From a virus, in the IMG/VR virus record IMGVR_UViG_3300042691_019356, positions 7,318 through 71,317 of that record: 64,000 nt of DNA. The stretch is one strand, 5' to 3'. Of this stretch, positions 32,901 to 41,800 are shown one piece after another. The notes beneath the pieces were generated by a model. It worked only from the letters and a program-made list of their open reading frames with translations, ran no database searches and was not told where the DNA came from. Made by a program: the position numbers and the translations under genes. How positions within the stretch are numbered: position 1 is the stretch's first letter; each line of letters starts with the position of its first letter.

Positions 32901-34966
32901 CGTGGAATGTTAAAGCTTCTCCAATTGCGGTCTCGGTTATACCCATTCCACTCAATAATAATTCCGTCGTTGACAACAGTGCGATTGAGCTGACCGGACG
33001 TGTTGCTGATAACACACAGGGGCTCCTGTATTCCTGAGCTGTGGCGGATTTCCCAGCTGGAAACAGGTTCAAACCTAATCTCCCAGCGGCGGGAGGTTTT
33101 CATCTCAAAGCGAATGGAGTTAAACGTATTATCTTCTGAGCTACCACGAATACCCCAGGTGCCGTTGATAACGGTCCAGGTTCCACCGTTGGATCTGTAC
33201 CAAATACGGAAAAAACTGATTCGAGTCTCGGCTCTGGTAACGGTTCCCGACTGAAAATTAGTAACACCAATCTTGTCGTTCTTGTCGTATGTCTTGCCTT
33301 CGTACTTCAGTCCAGCGTCTTGATTGATCTTAATCAGGCTTTTACAATCACGCAAATTTGCAAAGCCATTAACACGAATTCCAACAGTCGATCGAATTCC
33401 TATTTCAAATAACCTGGAGGAACGAGCAAGGGCAACCGTTGCCACGGCACAACGGAAAATCTGAGGAAAGTCGCTGCAAGTCCTGAACTCATTCGGAATA
33501 CCAAGATTATTCAGGCTTGAGCTTCGATTCCATTGCGGAGGTTCAATGGTTTGACCCGAATACGAAGGATTGATGTAGTCATTATTGGGAATGCTGTCAA
33601 TACTTCCAGCCTGAATAACACGGAAGACGTATTCCATCGTCTGTCCATTGCCTTCTGGCTCGTTGTCGGCGTTTGACACAAAAACCTTGTCGCCGGGCTC
33701 GCGTTCAACCAGAACAGCAAGACAGGATCCGCAACGATAGACCTCACCGATAATCAAAGCTTCATCGGCAGCTCGCTGCTTTGAAGCTACGGTGCTGGCG
33801 ATGTCACCACAGGTAGCCTCGCCATCTGACTCGGATGACGTGTTATCCGTGTTTTCCGAGCTAAATCGAAACTTTGTTTCTCCGTCAGATCGCCTGTCAA
33901 GCGTATAGCGAAAACGATCACCAGGATTCAAGTTCATAGAACCCGTGCTGGTGGAGATAATCGCTCCCCTCAGCGAGTAGTGATAGCGAGCCTTCCAGTG
34001 TTCAGCAAGGGCTTGCGGATCATCATCGCAGTCAACTTGAAACTTTTCTCCATCGTCCTTCGACTTTGTGGTTACACGAATTGTTGGACGCAGCCTGGGA
34101 TTGACCCTATAAGCCATCCGGTTGGGGATGTGTGCATACAGGCCAAAGGTTGTTGAAGTAGAAGGTTTGGTTGAGTAGCAGAAATGCTCCTCATATTTGC
34201 CATCGTTGTCCTTGATGGCAAACACGGTGGAACCACCATAATTGATGGAATTGCCAACGTCATTGCCAGGAAGTCGGCCAAGATAACCATGGGCATTTGT
34301 AATTGGTCCGCCAGTCAGGTTTGCGTAAATAGTCGCCCGAGATACAAGCTGTCTTGCGCCCTGATCAACAATTTCATAAGTGCCGAGCGAGTTATCGCCA
34401 ATGGCAAAGCCAGTCGTATCAAGAGCGCCAATCGGACCTTCGCCAAGCAGGAAGATCGCTCGCAGGTACTGCGATCCCCGGTACGTGACCATCTGGCTCC
34501 AGATCAGGCCCAGATTGACCCGCACGCCGCCATAGGTGCCCGCTGGCCTGGGAGGGGTGACCTGGGCCGGCAGGGTCTGGCGACGCGCCCAGATCACCGG
34601 GATGGTCGAGCCGAGGGAGCTGGGCTGCTGAACAGAGTCGAAGCCGACACGAGGAGCTGTGCGATTGGCAACTACAACGTTTTCGCCCTGCTTGTCAGTT
34701 GAAGTGAGGCCGCCTTTACCAGGCTCGGGAGCTTTTGGCTTGAAGAAAGACGCAGCAATGGTCAGGCCAATGCTGATAATGCTTGAAGCAAGTGCAATGA
34801 TTCCCAGTGCCGCACCAGCTTGTGGCTGCGATGGATCAATCTTTACTTTGCTCTCGATCTCAACAAGAAACTTCTTGTATTTAGCAGCGGCTACAACAGG
34901 ATCATCGTCCGGCCACAGCATGGCCGCCAGATAGCGATCCGCAGGCAGCATCGGCTGCTCAGGCAT
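29987..34966 (-). CDS. central tail fibre / host-specificity protein (lambda J position, about 1659 aa)
   Basis: ATG 34966 overlaps the K-like stop by 8 nt. Size and order (TMP, minor tail, K-like, J-like) fit the call. Two C-terminal LamG-like modules are present (IDEVRLTKGTAVYTSSFTPPT and IDEFRVMTGKAEWTASFTPPT). Confidence 0.6.
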   Translation of the reverse strand: MPEQPMLPADRYLAAMLWPDDDPVVAAAKYKKFLVEIESKVKIDPSQPQAGAALGIIALASSIISIGLTIAASFFKPKAPEPGKGGLTSTDKQGENVVVANRTAPRVGFDSVQQPSSLGSTIPVIWARRQTLPAQVTPPRPAGTYGGVRVNLGLIWSQMVTYRGSQYLRAIFLLGEGPIGALDTTGFAIGDNSLGTYEIVDQGARQLVSRATIYANLTGGPITNAHGYLGRLPGNDVGNSINYGGSTVFAIKDNDGKYEEHFCYSTKPSTSTTFGLYAHIPNRMAYRVNPRLRPTIRVTTKSKDDGEKFQVDCDDDPQALAEHWKARYHYSLRGAIISTSTGSMNLNPGDRFRYTLDRRSDGETKFRFSSENTDNTSSESDGEATCGDIASTVASKQRAADEALIIGEVYRCGSCLAVLVEREPGDKVFVSNADNEPEGNGQTMEYVFRVIQAGSIDSIPNNDYINPSYSGQTIEPPQWNRSSSLNNLGIPNEFRTCSDFPQIFRCAVATVALARSSRLFEIGIRSTVGIRVNGFANLRDCKSLIKINQDAGLKYEGKTYDKNDKIGVTNFQSGTVTRAETRISFFRIWYRSNGGTWTVINGTWGIRGSSEDNTFNSIRFEMKTSRRWEIRFEPVSSWEIRHSSGIQEPLCVISNTSGQLNRTVVNDGIIIEWNGYNRDRNWRSFNIPRLETSENIGIPKTDDNTYVDDWAMIAEAFSYQEIQTTAQNGPEHEIVYVNTISENSTDPTYDRIATIGLNIFASTEFNQLPQFSGYVTAGTKARRLLGSDAFESTNLFPDILRAYLTTDQYGLGEIIGDSLIDAQSFFDAADWCQKRRYFYDAVDAQRVNSIQFAADIAAYHLLELSQRGGKFALSPALIFPEDGPVPIRALFTAGNILENTFRLQFLEESERQPIRVSAKWREERQRFDLTSTGFFPVEREVFVQEAGQSDSDPIESIDLSAFCTNAEHAIDVCCYLIRMRRLVTHSIAFSTTPDGLGAGLAAGDYIKVAMDLSYYDQFSHGVILADGTVLSTRSDLLTPGTHEVTAWDGASDFVESLTVSVDSEGKASPAGIVFAKKTAVTETRTYKIEKITVSEEGTIEIEAVHHPTDENGLSEIAKNWTTYQTDSNWIIEGNENEADACTCPLISGVSSPGNVLTVGDVVCKSGTATKIGVQWYRSGAVIVGANTSTYTYSTLDVGETVYADVVYQTQLGVTGTCRVYADASAAVTGEVVLLLHMDGDHNSVAFIDSSPYEHSTFFGILNTSQGGVYSGCRIVRNMSRFGGSSSTFYSSTFGGPYPTPTFTHPTAFAIGYAESFTMECWIYATAGLGTLFSCFGFTVTISSGSQPPIIVQAAFPNNSWSITSGNLALSQWRHIAVVRNAGAVTLYVDGVSAASGLAPFSSTNTTVTVGKISGFIDEVRLTKGTAVYTSSFTPPTASFLPAAPVSYPTESVLFLMHCNGVEGSTDLINNSAYTNDDQFGGVVAGVNYLTAAQSVFGGSSLRMSGTASIIYYYLPNILTNDFTIDLWIRPTVKNGYIFTKFGSGQFDGVGGALRFMGRDWENPANGAVVTINTWNHIAVTREGLNTYTFINGILANTYTDTAVYSLTDNFNTSGMYIGGLSFNQATYNGYIDEFRVMTGKAEWTASFTPPTQPYSNPTN

Positions 34967-35351
34967 AGCCCAGAACCCGGTGGTAGGTGGTGTCGGCAGG
35001 CAGGGCGAACAAGGGGAGGGCCGTGACGCCCCTGGAGTGCAGGGGAACCAGCAGCAGCCGGCCGGGAACCACCGTGCCGATCCCCAGGCCCTCCTCGGGG
35101 CTGTCCAGCAGGGTGATCGACCACGGCTCAGCCTTCGGTAGCTCCTCGGTGTTCCGGTAGAACGCATCCCGTAGGGGCTCCCAGCGGCCAGCGCGGGCCA
35201 GCTCGATCCAGTCGTCGATCGGTGGCGGGGTCTGCCCAGCGTCCTCCAGGAGGATCCTGGCCATCACCAGGCAGCAGGCGGCGTGCCCATCCCGTGGATC
35301 AGCGCCGATCTCATGGGGAAGGCCAAGCCAGGAGTGATAGATAGGTGCCAT
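34959..35351 (-). CDS. NlpC/P60-like tail protein (lambda K position)
   Basis: GADPRDGHAACCLVMARIL resembles the Cys-containing NlpC/P60 motif, with His residues downstream. Synteny supports the call. Confidence 0.4.
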   Translation of the reverse strand: MAPIYHSWLGLPHEIGADPRDGHAACCLVMARILLEDAGQTPPPIDDWIELARAGRWEPLRDAFYRNTEELPKAEPWSITLLDSPEEGLGIGTVVPGRLLLVPLHSRGVTALPLFALPADTTYHRVLGYA

Positions 35352-35363
35352 GAGGCAGCCTAA

Positions 35364-35846
35364 CTACGAAATGACGATTTGCCCAGTTGGTGGAATCGCG
35401 CCAACCATTGAACGTGTAAGAATTCTGCCAGGGATTTCTTGTCTGGCAGCATTCAGTGGTGAAGAAAGCGTGATCGTGGGACGTTCAAGATCGTTGGAGC
35501 CGCCAGTGCAAGCCCAAACCTCGGAAGCAATAACAGTAGATTCCGTGAATGCCGTGGCCTCTGCAACAATGATGCTGACAGTTTTAACCTCAAGCAACCA
35601 ACGATTCAGGATTGCCTCAGAAAACAGAGGAACAGTGATCTCGTTAGCAGTTGCAATCAGCGAAGCTTGGCCGCTATCGCCATTGCGGCTAGAAGATAGA
35701 CCAGCAATACCATAGGGGCCAAATAGGTACTGTACTGAATCAAAAGTTCTCGTCTCTCCGACAAAGAAATTTTGGTAGCTCCTGCCAGCAATGTAGCTGC
35801 CAGTGCGATCAAGGAATCTTGCATAGTGAGCAAAGGCGACAGCCAT
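35364..35846 (-). CDS. minor tail protein (lambda M/L position)
   Basis: Directly follows the tape measure gene with a TGATG junction. Confidence 0.45.
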   Translation of the reverse strand: MAVAFAHYARFLDRTGSYIAGRSYQNFFVGETRTFDSVQYLFGPYGIAGLSSSRNGDSGQASLIATANEITVPLFSEAILNRWLLEVKTVSIIVAEATAFTESTVIASEVWACTGGSNDLERPTITLSSPLNAARQEIPGRILTRSMVGAIPPTGQIVIS

Positions 35847-38800
35847 CAGATCGCAAGCCTCCTGCGGGTTGGGACGGAACCGCGAATGCCTTGGTAGGAC
35901 AGCGCTTGACCCATCTTCGCAGCCTCTTGCATTCCCTTGCGATGCTGCTCCATCGTAACGTACTCAACACTGTTGATAACAGTAGACTCAGAGCGAACAT
36001 CAATGACTTGCGGTTCCATCGACTGGCTACCAGAATCGGCCGAGCCAGACATAGCAGCCCGCTGCTGCTCAAGTGAAGCGCGAGTGGCAGAAAAGACGCT
36101 TGAGGAATCTGCACTGCCGGAATTGGCCTCATCGCCTTGAGCGGTCGAGCTGCTTTCGCCGGGCAGTGGCCTACCAGGAACATACAGCTGGTCAACAGGA
36201 ATGATTGTGCCGGCGCGATCGGGCCACCACAGCTCGGGACCATTCTCACCAACCCAACTGGGCTGACCCATTGGTGGGCGACCACCTTCGGCAAATCCCT
36301 TGAGGCCAAACAATTTGCCAGAGCCGTAAGAAACTTGGGATATAGCGCCAAAGATGCCGGCTAGGCCCATAAGAACGTTGTAAGTGCCGCCTTTCTTCAT
36401 TTGCTGGACACCAGCAACGCCCATGGCAATACCACCAAGGATTTGTATGCCAGTGCCAAGCTTCTGACCGATCATCTGAAGCTTGCCGATATTTTCTTCC
36501 TCTGTGGTTATCCTGCTGTCATAAGCAGCTTTAATTTTTGCCGCACCTTCTTCGCTGGCTACAACAGCAGAAGAGAAAATTTTATCGCTAGACTCTAGTG
36601 TATTTACAAACGAAATACCAAAATTACTTGCTGTATCAGAGGCAAATAAAACATTATCACTGAAACTCTGCAGTTTTACGGTTGCGTTGTCGCTTGCCGC
36701 CTGCAGTGAAGCAGTGCTCCACGGACTGCCGGACTCCACTGCGGCAGGCGGCGTGTAAAACTTGATACCGCTAAGAGTCGCTGGCTGAGCTAAGGCCTCT
36801 ACCGAGGATTGTGTATTGCCGGAAATGCCGCCAGCAATTATTGCAACATTTTCTTTAATGCTTTTAACATTAACATCAAGACTTGACAGTGGTGCAACCA
36901 TTGGATCGCCCGGTTGCTCAAAGCCAAGAAACTTAGTAATACTACCAAATATCTGATCTTGAATAGGACGCATTGTGATCTCAAGCAATATATCAATTGC
37001 CCTGGAGCTAATGCCCTCACCCCACTTGGTAAGCGCATCTGAAAGATTGCCAGTCTTTAGCAATTCGGCATTAAAGCCAATAAAAGAATCAGTCCAGGCC
37101 CCAGCAATGTCTTTAACGCGCTCAAGCTGCCTAATTTTTTGATTTAATAGGTCAATAGCCTTTGCTGTTTGCAGAATGCCATCAGCCTGGCCACTATCAT
37201 TTTGAATACCCTTTGTAGCAATTTCTCTTAGAGCTTTTTGATACTCCGTCAGCCCGCTAGTGCCGGCAAAAATTTCAACAATTCTATCCTGTGCATCCCT
37301 CAGTTTATTATTGTAATTCGCCTGAAGCTCATTGATTTTAGCCTGCTGCTCTGCTTGAGTCGTCAGATTTTCAAGCAAATTACGCTGTTCTTCGCTCGCT
37401 TGTTTGTAGAGAAGGGTTGTTTTTAGTATTTCACTATTAGATGCCTGTAGCTTGCCAAGCTCCAGCGCAGCAGCCTCAACTCTACCAACAGCAACCTTTT
37501 CTTGAAGTTGAATAATTTCAGCGCGAGCACGCTCTAGACCCTGCAACTGATTAGACAGTTCAAGATTTTTGCGTCGCTGCTCCTCCTCCTTCTTGGCAAT
37601 GCCAATTGCAAGATTTGCTTGCTCATTGACTTGCTTAATTAAATCAGCATTTCCACCATATTCTTTCTTAAGCTTAGTAATTGCATTAGTGCGATCTTTT
37701 TCAAGTTGCGCCAGCCGTGCAGTTGCCTCAGCTTCAATATCAGCAACAGAAGCAGCATTGTCACTAAGGTTGAGAATTCGCTTTCTTGCTTCAAGCTGTT
37801 GCTGCAATACACTTCTTTGTTGCTGAAGCTGTGGAAGTTGATTATCTTGCAGAATGCTTTCAATCTGCCCAAGCTCTACACCCTTTTGCCTGAGCTTAAT
37901 TTGCTCCTCAAGAATGCGCTGCGCTTCCTTCATGCTGCCAGTCATTGCAGCAAGAACAGCTAGTCGCTCTTTGTTTAATGGAGCAGCCGCTGGAGTTGGG
38001 CCAAGCGGTGTTTCACTATATTGCGGTTGAGGTATATTGCTAATCTGTGTTGAGCCCATCATCTGGGTATTTCTTGCCGTTGCGCCAGGCGCAGAAACCA
38101 TATATCCGCCAGCTCCACCAGGATTAAATCTGCCGCCAAATTCCTGCCAGCTCATCTGGCGGTTCCAGGGCTGCCGCCTATTCGGATCAAAAAGTGATAT
38201 ACCCTGATCGTTCATACCAGAAACATACACCCAGTGGCCAGATGTAGTGCCGGAGTCTGACGTAATACCAACACCAATAGAGCGACCTGCTGCATATTCA
38301 GCTCGCAAATCGCTAATTCTCGCTGATGTGGTACCACGCGCACTGACGCCAATGCTTTGAAGCGCGGAAATTTGCGCTCCCATGGACGTAGTATCGCCAA
38401 AGCGCTTTCGTGTTTGATTGTAAACATCATCTGGAATGTTCACACCCTTTGATCCACTGGCAATCATTGCAGAAACAGTGGTAAAACACTCTCTCCATCC
38501 CTGTCCACCAGCATTGTCAAGCTGACTCTGCCATGCAACGCCAAAGCGATCAAGCAGCTGCCCACCCTGAGCAGTTTGATTGACGCTAGAAACTGCAGAT
38601 CGTGGCATCAAAAGTGCATTTGCACTTGCAAGTCGTTGACCCGTTGCTGCCTCGGAGCCACCGGGAAGGGATGTCCAAATCCTGTTCAGCAAACGATCAA
38701 GCCCAGCAACGTCGCCAGCTTCAAGCAAGCTCTTTGCGGCTGGGCGCATGATAATTGCAAACTCTTTCGCGGCTTGCGCAGCTGTCGAGAAATCACGCGA

Positions 38801-41800
38801 CAGCATTCGCGCCGCAACATCACCTTTGCCAATATCATTCAGCCACCGCTCGGTTTTTGGAATGAGTTGGAAGAATCCACGAGCGTTACTAGATGGATTT
38901 GTCCAATTCTTGCCACTGTTAGATTCCAGTTCAGCAAGTCGAGCGAAATATCCGCTATTTGCGCCAGACCCCGTCGCTCCACCACCAATGCCACTCATGT
39001 CAGGCAGCGTCACTGCTTGACGCATCAGATCGGCGGCTTCCCTTGCACGCGCAAGCACGTAGTCGGCAACCTGCATCTTGTAATCTTCGACTGAACGTAC
39101 ATAGGAAAGCTTCCTACGTTCAATATCTTCAATCTCGCGTGCGGTTGTGCGCTTGTAGTCCTCAACGTCTCGATTAAGCTTCGCAAGTGTAAGCTCAAGC
39201 TTTTTGCGAGATTGCTCAATATCGGCCTCGCCCTCTTTCCTTGTACGCATAACTTCGCGTACATTCGTCAGTAATTGCTGCTCAAAACCAACAGCTGAAG
39301 CAAAAAGGGCGCGAGCATTAAGATCGCTATTTTCAATGCGATTTTGAGCAGCCGCGCGATTATTATCAATTACGGATTCCGCAACTTGTTGGCGCAAGTC
39401 AAAAATTTCACGCTCTTTTTTATACGAGTAATCAGCAACATCCCTGTTGAAATCAGCGGCCTCGCGCTGCAGGTCATACGCCTGACGCTGAAGATTAAAG
39501 GCTTCGCGGTAAGCGGATTTAACTTGATCAGCGATTCTCCTCGATTCGCCAATACGGGTCGTTTCAGCTGCAAACGCCTCCTGTGGATCAATAGGTGGGC
39601 GTACGTCGATAGGCGTGTTAGTTGCCGTTCTTGCGCCACGTCGGGACGCCATATCAATTGCAACTGCAGCGACCGAAGCTCCAGGAACCGGCGCAAGTAC
39701 AGACTTGCCAAGAGTTTCAAGAATTTTGCCAACAATTGGATCGTTTGCTGCAGCGCGAGCGGCATTCAAAATACCATTGATGACTTCAGTAAAGCCAACA
39801 AGCACTGGAAGCAGCTGCCCCTGAATTACTCCAGTGATAGAAGACCACTGCTCCTCCAGTTTCTTTTGCTGAACCTCAAGTGCAACAAGATTGCGCACAC
39901 CATCAGCCCCAAGTCTCTTTTGCACCTCACGAAGTACAAGAGTTTGCGCATCATAAGCTCGGCCAAGTGATTGCAGTTGCTGAACTTGAAATTTCAGTGT
40001 GCTACCGACCTTAATTCCACTCGTTTCAAGGGCCGCAATAGCATCATTCGGGCTCTTAAGCCCAGCAGCAAGAGTCTTGAGATTTTGAACTGTTGTATCA
40101 ACGGCACTACCAATTGCCGTGCCGACCAGTGACAGGCCAAAGCCCAGCATCCCACCGGCAAAGCCACCAGCAGCACCACCAATCAGGCCACCAGCAGACG
40201 CCCCAAGGCCCTGGCCGAACAGAAGTGGGAAGGCACCACCAATTAGGCCCTCGGACACCGCACGGCCGCCCCTGGTGCCCAGTCGGCGGGTCAGGAAGTC
40301 GGCATTGGGATCCCTGCGCTGAATCTGATCATCAAAACGAGCGATAGTTTGCCTGAGCTGTTCATCAAGTCGCTCAAAGTTTGCATCTGTTGCATCAATT
40401 GATGCACGAAGATTGGTGAACTCTTCAATGCTTGCTCTAATTGCATTAGTCGAAAGCCTGGAAACATTTCCAAGATCAGCAAGTGTAAGTAGCGCCCGTC
40501 TTGCACGATCAGCGGCGTCCTGCCCAGGTGTTGGAACACTTCCACCAGCAGCAGCTGCGGGAGTGCGAGGTGGTGCGCCACCAGTACCACCAGCTCCCAT
40601 GATTTCAGCCGCTCTCTGATCAGACCTTGCATAGGCAGCTCTCCTCGCTTCCTCAAAGCGAGCACTCGATGCCGTCATTCCAGCTGGCGGAAGTGCTGGC
40701 AGTGCTTGGGCTGGCGGCAGCGCAAGTCTGGCCTGTGTCTGCGGCCTTGCAATTTGCTCGGCCATAGACGCAAGCTGCCTGTAATTTGCAAGCGGTCCGA
40801 TCCATGGATCGCCAGAAGTCATCCCAGACGGCAGCAGGGCTCCGGCAACCCTTGAGCCTGGCAACTTAATTTGACCAGTTGCTTTAATAATTGAATCAAT
40901 AAATTGCTGATATTCCTTGCTTGTGGTCCGAAGCGACTCGCCAGCACCATCAAGAATTGTCTGCAGCTCGACAAAAAACTGCTTATAGTCAGCAACAACA
41001 AATTCCCACGGATCGGGAATATTCATTTGTGTTACTGTTTTTGCCGACAACGCTTCTGGCGAAACGTTGCTGGCGTTATTGATGGCATCGCTCCACGTAT
41101 TGAGCAATTCCATCATTGCCGTCATTCCAGCATTCTGCGGAAGTGCAGGAAAGTTGCCACCACTGCTTGCGCCAAAATCAAAAACACGATTCTTGCCGCT
41201 ATTGAAATTGCGAGAAAGATTGCTGCCGTAGGAAAAAGCAGGCTTGACAGGATAGAAAGACTGACCAATGCCAAAAGTCTTTTCTGTGGTAGATTTGATT
41301 CTTGGGAATGCTTTTTCAAGCTGGCTAATGTAGGTATTGATGAGGTTATTTGCCATCTCGATCATAAATCGAGACGGACTTGCAATACCAAGACCTTTCT
41401 TGACAGCCTGCCTAAAAGCGCTTGTCATGTCGCTTGCAGCAGTAGCAGCTTTGCTAGCTCCCGACTTGATGCGATCAGTAAAAGTATTGACGACATTATT
41501 GGCAGCGCTATCAACGCCAGTTTTGGCGCCAGGAATTTGCTTATTGACAGTGCGAACAAGCTGATCAATGGCCTGCTCTGGCGAAAGATTGCCGAGGTAG
41601 TCAGCCCTTTGCTTAGGCACGTCAGCAATTTTCTTCAGGCCAGCAGCAAAAGAGTTGTCCTTAACAGATTGAGCAGCAAGACTAGAAATAGTATTCTTCA
41701 GGCCGGCAAGACGATCCCTAAGATCATCAATTGGTGTGGCTGTATCACGAGCTTCTTGGGAAATTTCAGCAAGTGCATCACGAATTGGCTGTGCCGCATC

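Noticed and set aside
27902-35167. Diversity-generating retroelement targeting the LamG-type fibre tips
   Set aside because: There is no reverse transcriptase gene and I noticed no near-identical template/variable repeat pair.
29987-35167. The first 67 codons of the 1726-aa ORF (Arg/Pro/Cys/Trp-rich)
   Set aside because: This is GC-rich run-on that overlaps the K-like gene by 209 nt. ATG 34966 gives a normal 8-nt overlap and a sensible N-terminus.
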